Shown: in pieces, positions 23,844 through 36,285 of the stretch
Layout of the letters: each line of letters starts with the position of its first letter
How positions within the stretch are numbered: the stretch's first letter is position 1
NCBI RefSeq assembly: GCF_000002075.1
Contig: NW_004797359.1
Span: forward strand, 1,532,711 to 1,596,710
DNA: 64,000 nucleotides
Reading direction: 5' to 3'
Source of the DNA: Aplysia californica
Lineage: Eukaryota
Notes under the pieces: generated by a model
Seen by the model: only the letters and a program-made list of their open reading frames with translations
Told to the model about the DNA's origin: nothing
Database searches by the model: none
Made by a program: the position numbers and the translations under genes

Positions 23844-26800
23844 CTGGAAAGAAAATTTACACCTCGTGAAAGTCTCTGCTAACGCACGTCTGTATTGAGA
23901 CAATGATGGTTGTTGAAGCGTGAAGCCCATACTGAAGACACAAGGGAATAAAAGAAGGAGGAGTTGGCGCAGGGGGGGAGAAAGTTTCGTGTGTGTGTGT
24001 GTGTGCGCACTGAACTATCTCTTCCAGTCACATGGATAAAGCCTAAAGGCCCGGTTTCACGGAACGATAAATTGTACAAAAACTGGACGATCTAGCGATC
24101 ATACGATAAATCGTTAGGTGTAACCACAAAATTGTACCAAATTTGGACAATTGAACGATGGTTTGGAGACTCGATCTAGAAATCAAGCCCTGCTTGATAT
24201 TTTCTGTGCGATCACAGTCAAACTTGAGGGAGACGCGCTGTGACGTAGATTCACTTTGAAATTTGCCGCTGCGCAAAATTAAACTCAGAACTCAAATTTT
24301 AAAAAATAATTACCGTACGTAAAAACTGATTTCATATTCGTAATCAGCGTCTCATAATATGCAAAGTTGCTCGCGGTGAACCTGATTTGGTTGGTTATTA
24401 TTTATATTTTAGCAATTTTATTATTCAGTTGATTGTCAATTGTGAAACTGCATTAAGGTCACTCTGTGCATTGCACATCTGCAGTCAGGTCAAAGCTTCC
24501 GGTTCTACACACACACAGTAGGCCTACAGTACGGCCACCCTTTTCTAAAGACACTGTTCTGCTATATCAAAATGTACAGGGGGGGGGGCTTCTGTGATCT
24601 AGAGGTAGTGTTCGCCTTTCATTCATTAGGTCCAAAGCTCGAAACCTTCACATAGAGAGCAGGCAATTCGCGTTCGTTGCAGAGACATGGTGGCTTTATG
24701 ACGAGGAATCTCCTCAATCGATAGAAAACTGGATGATAGATTGGAACGTGTAAACAGACAACAGTTCGATCAAACAGACAGTTCTCTCATACGACGAATC
24801 TGATACTATTTATCCTAGCATGTAACCCGGGCTTAACACAATGGATGAGAAAGCCTGAGTGGTGAATATTATCTGGCCTATTCACAGAGGCACTCGACAA
24901 CACAAAGAACATTTGTGAGAACACAGAGGCAGAGAGAATGGTACACGATACATGTAGGAGAAATGAGGACAAGAGCAGGGCATCCAGATTAGGAGTAAGA
25001 TACCCAGCTAAGGCAAGTGGCCTCTTTGTCTGGGCATCCATTATGACCCATTTCAAAACAGCCTTTCCACCCACATTTGACAGGCTTCCCCCTTGTCCTT
25101 CTAATTATCTTCTCAACAACAGGTTCGGGGGGNNNNNNNNNNNNNNNNNNNNNNNNNNNNNNNNNNNNNNNNNNNNNNNNNNNNNNNNNNNNNNNNNNNN
25201 NNNNNNNNNNNNNNNNNNNNNNNNNNNNNNNNCCCCTCACCTACCCCATCAGCGGGGCCCTGACCTAATGCATTGATACTCCACAACCCTCTTGGGACTC
25301 TTGGCAACCTCTGCAGACCTTGAATTGTTGAAAGTTTCAAGTAAACAAGCTTGACCTCACTACAGAGCAAACAGTGACCCTCGACCTTGGCAGTACATTT
25401 TATCACTGATTAAGGTGCCAAAAACCGAAATCAGTCATATTACTATACCGTATGTACCGTCAAATTTATCTGAACTTAAAGCAAAATCATTTTTCAACAA
25501 CAGCCAGTTATAACTATCAGGTAGAAGTCTCTGCAGTCCATATGTAGCGTCGGTGGCCTAGTAGTTAGGCTCAAGGATCTGAACAATCAGGTAGGCACAA
25601 GCCCCAACACGCATTCATCAAAACCGAAGTTCAAGGTTCAAATTGTACAAAGCAAGAGACCTAAATTCAATTATATCAAAAGTAATTTCTTTAATTAACT
25701 TTTCAACGCAAAGCAAAAGGCCCATGCTGGGCATCAGTAGCAACTGCTGAGTGCCTCCAGACAATAGCACATCCTCGGTCAAGGCTGTCGGACTCCTGTC
25801 ACCAAAAATCACACAACGCATCCTTTTTTTTTTGCTCACGATTTAAGTAAGAGTTTTATGGCACTTTCAACACAAATAGATCATATGAGTGCCGAATTTT
25901 AAAAGATATTAGTAAAGAGTAACAAACAAAGAAAAAGAAGGAGTGACAAAGAGAACATTGTCTTTGATAGGAAAGAAGGAGCAAACCACACCAGAGCACC
26001 CGCGAACCACCCACACACATTACGGTGTCATTACCTTGATCAATGACAAAAGCACCTCCGTTCTGCCAACCATCGCCTTGAAAGTTGCCACTCACGTTCT
26101 CCTCCTTACCCTGAAACAACCAGAGGAAAAACTGTATTTCAAACACATTTACTTTTTCTAACAGAGATGTTTTATGCCCTCATCGACACAATTTAGATCA
26201 TTTGGGAGGAGCGCTTGGAATCCGTCTATCAGGACACACCAGGCCAAGAATGAGAAGGTTACAACTTCCCAGCTTAGCAGTGAGACTAAGATACTTCCTA
26301 AAACACCCCTTCCCCCAACCCCATGGAATCGAACTCAAGTCTCCTGTGTGCGAAGTGCCTAACCACAACACCAGCAGACACCAGTAATGTTACACATAAT
26401 GAAAGGAAGGTAATTATGTACGATAAATAACAGTCATAAATATAATATTAAAATAAATAAATTCTTTGTACCTATGAAACGAGATCATTTTTCATCAAAA
26501 CCAAATGAAAGGAAAAAGGCAAGATGAAAAATGAGAAACAGCACGAGGAAACGAAAGAAGAAAATTTAAAAAATCTGCATTAGTAGTTAAGAAACAGTCT
26601 GATATTTCTGCACACAAAAAGACCACCAAATATATTACCTTGGCGAGGGTGTCTCTTGTCTTCTTCCCAAACATAGATGGGATCAGGGAGAACACATTTA
26701 ACCTGCAATAATAATTACAGCAATAATGAAGTACTAACAAACATTCAGTTCAATTTTGAAACAAGGACTACAGTGAAACAGAAAGGTTAATGTATAAAAC

Positions 26801-29800
26801 TATCAATTATGGAAGCAGGAATAGCATTGTGAATTCACTTTCAGAAAGTTTTTGTTCTACAACACATTGAAACAAGAATACACATATAAAGTAAGCACCC
26901 AGAAAAAGTCAAATAGACAGATAGAGCCAGTAAAAGGAAAGAAAAGAAAGTAGGGCCTACTGTCACTGATCTCCCAGGCTCATTTACTCACCCAAGAATA
27001 GAGGAATACACAACGGATGCTTGTTGAGTTCTCATATATGCTTTGCCTTATTTGAAAAGCAATAATCTATGATACCAAGGTTCAACTTCACTTTTTCATT
27101 TTTCTTTTTAATATAGGCATTTCTAACATCCCAATCAATAAAATTTAGATCGCTTTCAGGGCAGGCTTTCAACCCTGCCTGTCAGGGCCAACCCAGGCAG
27201 AGAGGGATGCAACATCCCAACAGAAAGAGCAAGATACTCAATAAAAAATAAACTCCCTATTTGGGAATCAAATTCGGATCTCCAGAGGGTGATAGCCAAG
27301 CAAGCACCTAACCGCTACACCACAGACATAAATACTTCACTTTTCGTCAACTATTATTAACACTGATTACAAGACAGAAAGAGTCCAAACCATAGAAGTA
27401 CATTTGTAACAGCCTTTGCCAAAGATCCCATTGCTTTTTGTCCCAGATTNNNNNNNNNNNNNNNNNNNNNNNNNNNNNNNNNNNNNNNNNNNNNNNNNNN
27501 NNNNNNNNNNNNNNNNNNNNNNNNNNNNNNNNNNNNNNNNNNNNNNNNNNNNNNNNNNNNNNNNNNNNNNNNNNNNNNNNNNNNNNNNNNNNNNNNNNNN
27601 NNNNNNNNNNNNNNNNNNNNNNNNNNNNNNNNNNNNNNNNNNNNNNNNNNNNNNNNNNNNNNNNNNNNNNNNNNNNNNNNNNNNNNNNNNNNNNNNNNNN
27701 NNNNNNNNNNNNNNNNNNNNNNNNNNNNNNNNNNNNNNNNNNNNNNNNNNNNNNNNNNNNNNNNNNNNNNNNNNNNNNNNNNNNNNNNNNNNNNNNNNNN
27801 NNNNNNNNNNNNNNNNNNNNNNNNNNNNNNNNNNNNNNNNNNNNNNNNNNNNNNNNNNNNNNNNNNNNNNNNNNNNNNNNNNNNNNNNNNNNNNNNNNNN
27901 NNNNNNNCTGCTGGGGTAATAATATAGTGTAAAGCGCATAGAGCCTGCTGTTGAGCGAGGATATGCGCTATACAAATGCTATTTATTATTATTATTATTA
28001 TTATATACACAAACCAACACAGTGAGATATTCTCATTATTGACTAAACAGAGACCACAATTATATATTCTTTTCACCCATTGCTTGCTAACCTGGGAGAT
28101 TTTGGTAGGTGGCAGGGGGTGGGGATTACCTGAGTAGTGACGCATGTTATTTAATACCTCGCTTGGAACTACATGTAGAAGGCAGACGATTGGTACGAAA
28201 AGTTTAGCCTCTTAAAGTGACAAAAATGGACGCTGGCTATAAAAAAAATTGACAAACACTGCTTTAACTTGTATGACAACGCAACAACTCCAGTTTCAAT
28301 AGATAGATGGGGGGTGTGAGAGGTTAGAGATTTTTAAAAGTACCTGGTGAAATGTTAGATCAAGCATCTGATGGCTTTCTACCTCCTCATGGTGTTGCTC
28401 GAAACTATTAAGTATGCCCTTCACTGTTTTGTATTTAATCTAAATTCACTACTTTGTCTTTGTGTACTCATTACTACTTTGTATGCTCTAAATAAAATTG
28501 CTTTGTAAGCTCTGAAATGCTTACAACAACTCAACAATGAATCTAAGCAAAGTTAACAGAGGAAGAAGGAATTACTCCTTTAATTTCAACAGAGCACACA
28601 GGCATTTTTATGGCACCTCCTCAAGGGTTCCCTTCTTTAACTAAGACAAGTTTTTGCCCCTCTGTAATATCTTAAGAGTTAGAAACTACAAAAATAAAAC
28701 TCTTACTGAGTTATAAAACCAAGGGATTCAGATAAGGTTTGACCGGTCAATAAGTTGATAAACAGTCCCATGACTCATCCTTAGGCCCTGAAGATTACAC
28801 CACATCAACGAGGTCAAATTCTTACAAAACAAAGTTCACTGCACTTCGAACAAGAAATTGAGTAATTTTCCATGAAAACAATCATTTCAACTTTCCTCTT
28901 CTTATTCCTTTCTCCTCATCCTTCCCCGGCTCCCCTCTTTTTTTTTCTCTCCTGATTAGCTACATGTCATTACCATTACCCCCCCCCCCCACCCCACCCC
29001 CCAAAAAAACTGCTGCCTTTTACACAACCAAGCATAAATCTAAGTCTGAGTTCCATTCATCACAATTATTAGTGATATTCCTAACACTTCCTCTGGCACT
29101 CTTATTTTATTCAACATATGTAAAGATAGCATTACCCGATTGCCATTTTGAGAGAAAGAGGGACAGAAAGAGAGAGGGAGAAAGAGAAAGGGAAGGAGAG
29201 AGAGGGAAGGAGAGAGAGAGACTAGAGAGAGAGAGAGAGAGAGAGAGTGAGAGTGAGAGAGAGACAGGGAGAGGGAGAGAGAGTGAAACAGAAACTGAGA
29301 GGGAAAAAGAGGGAGGGGTGGAAGGAGAGAGAGAGACATCTTGTTTGACTTGGGTGTGCGCATGTATAGTGCAAGCTGTTGACAAAGCAGGTGAAAGCAC
29401 CCTGTTCATTTCTTTCTCTAGTAAGCCTATTAAATTATGTAATACCAGCACGTTATAGCTCTGGTTAAATTATCAATGAAAAATGGAACCTCACTTTCAA
29501 CAAGCCAAAGTGACTGAAATCTATTTGGTAACTTGTACTCGTATTATTAAATCACGCCTAAACAGCAATGAAATATAGAAAAATAATATTCACCATAAAC
29601 AATTACAATGAATGAAAGATTCCAAAGAAAAAACAGTGCTGCTTACCTTCTAAAACCAAGCTTTTTGTAACAGTCTTTCTTCTGGTCAATGTACAGGTCT
29701 GTGACAAAACAGAGTTATTCCTTTGTGAGTAAGAGTACTTTAACTAAAAAAAAAGAATTTCATCAAAATACTTCCACCACAAAAACACAATTTCTTATTA

Positions 29801-32800
29801 ATCTTTTTTTTTTCTTTCTATGAGTATGAGCAATCTCTCCCAATTGAAAATCCTCCTTTACTTAACCAAACAAAATCCAGGGGTCCCGCAGATCCAACTT
29901 TAAACGGACTCCACTGTACAGTGGAAACCTGATATAACAGGGATGGTGGGACCAGAGAAAAAGTCCTTTTATATCAGATCTCTGTAAAATCAGAGAAGCA
30001 AGGGAAGTAAGCATTTGTGGACTAATCCAGCAGTATTTATCATATGCATGGGTAGTTTCCCTTGCCACAAGCACCATGTGGCAGGCCTGCACATGACACA
30101 TTACGCGTGCGGGTAGCTAGGGCTAGATCAAAGTCTGCAGCACTCTGCAGCCCTCTCTCGCTTCAGTCGCTGTGTGTGCTAGCAGTGGCATGGTTTGCGT
30201 GGGCTTGCTCCATAACTGCGTTACTCTCTCTCTCTCTCTCTCTTACTTTTTACACATTGTTAACGAGCCTTTGTCCCTGCTATAACCGATTGGGCTCAAA
30301 TGAGGCCCTGTTATTGCCGATAACTTTTAATAGAGACAAAAAGTAGGAAAAAACGGGGACTTTAAAAATCGCTGTTATTATCGGATTCCTGTTATTTCCG
30401 GGCCTGTTATATATGGTTTCCACTGTATATTAACTTTTGTCTATAAATATTAAAACTGTTAACATAACAGTAACAGAACTCCGTTCAAAATTACATCATT
30501 TACTCAACCAGCCCCTCCCCGCCACACAGGCTGTAAAGGATCTCAGCAATGTTTCGGCAACTGATAAAAATTCTATAAACCTTCGATATAGAAAGTCTTA
30601 AGCTTAATATTCTGTAACATGACATAGGTATGGGTATACACAGTTAATTAAGTTAAAATAAGATAAATATATGTGTGGTACCAGGGTGAAATCAGGCGCT
30701 CCTCATAAAAATGAAATCAAAGAAACTGGAAACCAGCATTTCTCTGCCTGTTGGGCGTTGGGCATTTTTTTTTCCAGCACAACACCTTTCAAGTCCACTT
30801 AAATCACATTTCCAGGTGGATTTTACTGACAGAGGTTGATCAAAGGCACAAAAAATTAAATTTGCAACTTCCATCATCATCATCATTGCCTTTCTCACCC
30901 TGGGTCAGGAATAGGCCACGAACAAAAACTCTAGACTTTTCCCTATCCCGGGCTAGTCGCTTGATGTCACTCCACATCTTCCCACTTTTCTGTACAATTG
31001 ATTTTGCAACTTACAAGTACACATTGAAAATCTTTAAGTCACCAAACCATGGAGACCAATTTACTCACTAATTTTACTTCCCAAACTAAGCAACTCAACT
31101 TCCATGGATTGTAACAACTTCTGTTCAAGATAGGAGGAGTTTCTTTTAATCAATTAGAGAATACATGACATGGATTCACTCATGATATGCTCAAATTTGG
31201 CGAACATATATTTTCACTTTTTAAATCATATTCTTACCTCCTTTGAAAAATTCTCCTTTCACAAAGTCCTCTACGCCAAGTTCCTCAAGGCCGATACCCA
31301 CAAATTTAACATTGTTAGCATCAAACCGAGGTTTCAACTGGCTTATCTGCTGGGCTCCAACCCGACACAACTGTCATCCGAAGCGACGCAGAAAAATGAG
31401 GACCACTCGAGAATCCTTCCAGAATGACTCAATGGGCACCATCTGAAACAATACACATGAAATCTTCACACCTAGATTATCTTCTCTAGATCTAGAGTCT
31501 AGATCTATAGGCTTGTTTGTTTTTGTAAAGTGTTTTACGGCGCTCGCAACTGCATAAGGTCATATGAGCGCGCAGGACACACCTAATATTTTCAGTTGGT
31601 AGGAAATTTTGAATTTTGCCCGGGTGGCAGCCAAAGCCTACTCTTATCGATTTTATACCACCAATGGATCTTTAATGTGCGCAACTTGCACACGGGCCCT
31701 CTGAGATTTTTCGCCCTTGTCTGAGAAGGCTAGGTGTAGATCTTTCCTACCAGGAGATCAAGGGTGTGGCAGAAAGACAGCAGTAAGGAGGAGCCAAGGA
31801 GTAGCAGTAGAAAGGATGCAGAAAGAGTCAGGAGCCTAAAGGAGGGAGCAAAGGAGGTGAGGGGGTGGGGGCAGAAAGTGGAAATGAAAGCAGACAACAG
31901 AACATTGCTAGAGAGCAGGAAAGAAGGTGAAAGGAGACAATTTTAGAGAAGAAAATTTTTCGATCGCTACCCGGATTCAAACCCGTGACCTTTTGAATGA
32001 GAGGCCAACACCTTAACCTCTAGGCCACAAGAGCTCCGGCATCTTATAGGCTACATATATATATGGCATGGGGATATGATTCTGAAAGAAAGTGGCTATT
32101 CTCACCCGGGTGGGAATAGAAATACGATCGACCTCTCACCCCGGGTGAGACTTGCCACCATAGGCTATTCTCACCCGGTGTAAAACAAGACCTGCTTAAT
32201 TTTCCTAATTTCGGAATATTTTCTATCAATGTGGATGATCAAACGGATAAAGGCAAAGAAACGAATATGTTATAGCACAAAAGTAAGCTAATTGTATCTA
32301 CTACAAAGATGCTATGGCTATTTCACTTTTCGAATCGAGCCGAACTACGGGGGTCGCTATTTTGTTTTGCCCGGAAGTTCTCGCAAGATCTACTCCTCCC
32401 CTCTTCTCTCTCTCTGTTTCTTTCTGAATACTGTCTATCAGTGTGGACGATCAAATTGACCAAATCAAAGTTAAAAAATGATGTTAAAACACAAAAGTAA
32501 ATTAATTTGGTCGTCTACAAAGACGCTACGGCTATTTAACTTTTCGAATCGAGCCGAACTACGCGGGTCGCCATTTTTGCCCGGAAGTTCTCGCGCTACT
32601 CCTCTCTCTCTCTCTCTCCACTGCCCACAGACAAAATTGTTCGCTTTTAGTAGGCTAACAGTAGTAATGGAACGTTTGTTCACGGCACAGAATTCTACAA
32701 TTTTTCTGTTATATCACAGTGTAGAATTCTGTGGTTTAGGGTGAACGCAAAATTGGTTGGCCTAGATCTAGGCTATAGCGGTGAACGCCCACCGGGTGAG

Positions 32801-33181
32801 AATAGCCAAAAGACTCGCCTGCGCTATTCTCAGGTGGCCATTGTGAAACTAAAATAAACAAGTGCCGAAATGCAATTTCTTGAGAAACTAAATTGCAGCA
32901 GAAATACATGTACAACAGGTAGACTCTATGTCAGTTGAATTAGCCATAACCCACCATATCTAATAAAATGGAAGGTTAATTTATAATAAAATCCACGTCG
33001 TCACGGGTGACGGAATTGGAAAGCCTCCGAAAGCCCATGACGGATGATATCTCTAGCATTCCCGGTTCCGTCCATTGACCATGTTTAATAACGGGGTAAA
33101 AAAAAGTTGCAAAAATTTCAGCATTACCTCTCCAGTGGACACATTCTTCACTTGATTTTTTGCTATTTTTGAAGGCTCCAT
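23677..33181 (-). CDS. PRXL2B: Selenoprotein U3 / peroxiredoxin-like 2B (prostamide/prostaglandin F synthase family), Sec-containing, 6 exons, ~205 aa (span includes introns)
   Basis: Exons 33181-33128, 31442-31238, 29698-29647, 26702-26639, 26110-26035, 23843-23677; all GT-AG and phase-compatible. Protein MEPSKIAKNQVKNVSTGE-MVPIESFWKDSRVVLIFLRRFG(U)QLCR...VGIGLEELG..DLYIDQKKDCYKKLGFRR..GNFQGDGWQNGGAFVI..YKQENPGEHV..VLKALGI matches the FAM213B layout. Confidence 0.92.
24048..24833. mobile_element. Possible PIF/Harbinger-like MITE
   Basis: Imperfect TIRs GGCCCGGTTTCAC / TGTAACCCGGGCT with TAA-like flanks. Confidence 0.4.
26035..26110 (-). CDS. PRXL2B: PRXL2B/SelU3 exon 5
   Basis: GKEENVSGNFQGDGWQNGGAFVIDQG. 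Confidence 0.92.
26639..26702 (-). CDS. PRXL2B: PRXL2B/SelU3 exon 4
   Basis: LNVFSLIPSMFGKKTRDTLAK. Confidence 0.88.
29150..29337. repeat. (GA)n-rich tract (pure (GA)n also at 40277-40335)
   Basis: Read directly. Confidence 0.95.
29647..29698 (-). CDS. PRXL2B: PRXL2B/SelU3 exon 3
   Basis: DLYIDQKKDCYKKLGFR; AG/GT bounded. Confidence 0.9.
29919..30425 (-). mobile_element. Shorter MITE of the same Tigger-like family
   Basis: TA-CAGTGGAAACC...GGTTTCCACTG-TA; reverse-complement match to 35099-35969 without the transposase part. Confidence 0.85.
31238..31442 (-). CDS. PRXL2B: PRXL2B/SelU3 exon 2 containing the Sec UGA (31376-31374)
   Basis: FLRRFG-TGA-QLCR; homology continues past the TGA in the same frame. 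Confidence 0.93.
31514..32040 (-). mobile_element. SINE family B copy
   Basis: Reverse complement of 55361-55872; flanking TATAGGCT at 31506 and 32045. Confidence 0.85.
32088..32839. mobile_element. MULE-like non-autonomous element, family F
   Basis: Subterminal inverted GGCTATTCTCACCCGG / CCGGGTGAGAATAGCC, internal ~175-bp duplication, 9-bp flanks ATTCTGAAA/ATTGTGAAA. Confidence 0.7.
33128..33181 (-). CDS. PRXL2B: PRXL2B/SelU3 exon 1 (may extend in frame to an ATG at 33301)
   Basis: ACAATGG start, MEPSKIAKNQVKNVSTGE, donor GTAATG. Confidence 0.8.
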
Positions 33182-35098
33182 TGTGGTTGTAGGGGCTTCC
33201 AACGGCTCCAAGTAGTTCACGAGTGCAAGGAACGGCCAAAAGACAACTTTACACAACAACCACACAGCTATCGTCAGCCACTCTTGTAGCTCTGATCCCA
33301 TGACGTTAGAGTTGTTTCCCGTGCTTGTTATGAAAACAAATGTTATGTAAAGCTACACACTTGCCAAGTAAGGTAGTTTATAGCTTAATTTAGCGGTAAA
33401 AAAATCTTACAATGAATCTGTTTTTTGAGATTGAATTAAGTATTTCTGCAGTTGTAGAGTTAAATTTAAAAAATATATAGATCTATTATTTTTTATTTTA
33501 TTTTAGTGTGAAAATTGATAATCATTCAGTTTTACCAAAGTAAACAAAAAAGTTCTTTTTGTAATAGTAGCTTAATCCAAAAATGAAGAAAATGCAGGAA
33601 AAATATAGAGAGAGAATACCGATCGAGATCACGTGACAATTAAATTCAGCCACAAAATTCTGTGAATTCAGCTGATCGATCACGATCTCTTACTCATTCT
33701 TACATAATTTTCTTGGGTTCATGTGGGAGCGGCGGAATGAAAACACATGAAAACTTACTGGTTGTAAAGTAAGGGGGAAATGCGGAAATCCAATACTCAT
33801 CTAATATAATATTTGTAGGGGTTTTAAAATCTATATTATACCTAATTCTCGGTTTAACTTGTAAATTAATTAATTTCTTTTGGAGCAGAAACTTCTATAA
33901 TAAGACTCTCAGGAAGACCCCCCACCCCCAACTCCAATCCGAAAAAAAAGTTATTTCCAGTGCCAATTACGGCATGTNNNNNNNNNNNNNNNNNNNNNNN
34001 NNNNNNNNNNNNNNNNNNNNNNNNNNNNNNNNNNNNNNNNNNNNNNNNNNNNNNNNNNNNNNNNNNNNNNNNNNNNNNNNNNNNNNNNNNNNNNNNNNNN
34101 NNNNNNNNNNNNNNNNNNNNNNNNNNNNNNNNNNNCAGATAGATGATCGGAGTCAAAGCCTTAAAAAAAAAAAAAGGGGGGGGAATTTTTTTGGGCCCCC
34201 CCCCCCCCCCCCCCCCCCAAGAAAAACAATTACAACAACTAATTACTGTCTACGCTAGGCATTTTTTACACGTACCGTACATATTAGCTACCTATGATCA
34301 CTCTTACAGAATCACCACACTCACTCCAATAGGCTTATATATTAATTACTGACTGAAACAATTTGGTCTGCTATTATTATAACTATCACCAGTATGATAA
34401 AGCAGATTCTACAGACACTAGCATTTAATATGTGTAAATTTAGCAGGCGCAAAAAAAATGAATGACCATTTCTAAACCAAAAGCCACGATATGACGTCGT
34501 AGCGTTAATTTAACTTACTGAGATCAGCCGAAACTTCGAACACTCTCTTCACTCGACCATATTATATTATAAATTGGTTGTTTATCATAATAATATACAC
34601 ACACATTATAAAGCAGTAGCTGTCGGTCTCCTTATTCAATGTCCTCACAATAGTGTTGATGGTCAGCCACCGCCGGCTCTGCTCTTAATAGATGTTACAT
34701 CATTTCAGTAACAATAGGTGATAAACATCGTCGTGTTGGCTTTAAACGTAAATAGTTACTTAAGGAACCCGAGTTGTGCTCCTGCGGGTGTAAAGTAAAC
34801 ATGCCCGTGCGTGGGTTTGTTTTTGTTGGCGTGTGAANNNNNNNNNNNNNNNNNNNNNNNNNNNNNNNNNNNNNNNNNNNNNNNNNNNNNNNNNNNNNNN
34901 NNNNNNNNNNNNNNNNNNNNNNNNNNNNNNNNNNNNNNNNNNNNNNNNNNNNNNNNNNNNNNNNNNNNNNNNNNNNNNNNNNNNNNNNNNNTGCGCTCCA
35001 ATCGACACAATTCAGAAGGCCGGCTTCGCGATTCTGCCTGTCAGGACCAGCACAGGCTGAGAGAGCATAGTATCCCAGGAGACAACCCCGAGTCGATA

Positions 35099-35969
35099 CA
35101 GTTGAAACCATATATAACAGGCCCGGTAATAACAGGGATCCGGTAATAACAGGGATTTTTTTAAATCCCCGTTTTTTCCTACTCTTTGTCTCTATTAAAA
35201 GTCATCAGCAATAACAGGGCCTCATCGGAGCCCAACATGTTATAGTTATAGCAGCAGGGACAAAGNNNNNNNNNNNNNNNNNNNNNNNNNNNNNNNNNNN
35301 NNNNNNNNNNNNNNNNNNNNNNNNNNNNNNNNNNNNNNNNNNNNNNNNNNNNNNNNNNNNNNNNNNNNNNNNNNNNNNNNNNNNNNNNNNNNNGCAAGCC
35401 CACGCAAGCCATGCCACTGCAAGCACGCGCAGCGTGTGAAGCGAGAGAGGGCTGTGGTGTGCTGCAGACCTCGATCTAGCTAGAAACCTAGCAACACGCA
35501 CGCGTAATGTGTCTCCAACGATGTCAAGCGCAAGATAAAATGCCTTTCAATTGACAAAATATACTAAATAACCCAGGCTGTTGACAAAAAGCAAGCTTCA
35601 CTGGCAGAGATTTGCCGTCAGTTCGACTTTCCACAAGGGTCGATTCACACCATTATCAAGGATAGAAAGAAAAAAGAGGCAGCATACTCTAATGGAAAGT
35701 TAGCTCTGGATCGAAAGAAGATGAGACTACCCGACGCAGATACTGTGGACCAGGCTCTTCTGATGTGGTTTAAGGAGGCAAGGAGAAAGTTGGTGCCAAA
35801 ACCTCTATTCGTGGGTACTTGTGGCAAGGGAAACTACCCATGAATAAGTACAGCTGGATTAGTCCACAAATGCTTACTTTCCTTGCACTTCTGATTTAAC
35901 AGGGATCGATATATTATAACAGGACATTTTCTCTACTTCCACCATATCTGTTATATCAGGTTTCCACTG
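35099..35969 (+). mobile_element. pogo/Tigger-like DNA transposon deletion derivative with a CENP-B-type HTH transposase remnant (~35507-35797)
   Basis: TA-flanked TIRs CAGT(T/G)GAAACC...GGTTTCCACTG; remnant KRKIKCLSIDK..SLAEICRQFDFPQGSIHTIIKDR..RKKMR..VDQALLMWFKEAR with an internal stop. Confidence 0.85.
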
Positions 35970-36285
35970 TATAATTAAAAGATGTTCTCGGTCTTCCCAC
36001 TCTGGTACATGTCGTATCGCGCTCCGATCTCCTGCGTGCGACAGCGATCAAAATTGCCTATAATTAATTNNNNNNNNNNNNNNNNNNNNNNNNNNNNNNN
36101 NNNNNNNNNNNNNNNNNNNNNNNNNNNNNNNNNNNNNNNNNNNNNNNNNNNNNNNNNNNNNNNNNNNNNNNNNNNNNNNNNNNNNNNNNNNNNNNNNNNN
36201 NNNNNNNNNNNNNNNNNNTTTGCTCTTGGGCTAGGGGCTGCTACTGTGGTGACGACAGCATTACCCCTTTTAAGGTGGTGGGAAG

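Noticed and set aside
31345-31370. Hairpin just 3' of the Sec UGA (possible Sec redefinition element)
   Set aside because: Only about 4 contiguous pairs plus a weak extension; not distinguishable from chance without conservation data.
31374-31376. PRXL2B as a pseudogene with a premature stop
   Set aside because: The TGA aligns with the catalytic Cys, all other exons and splice sites are intact, and a SECIS-like hairpin is present.
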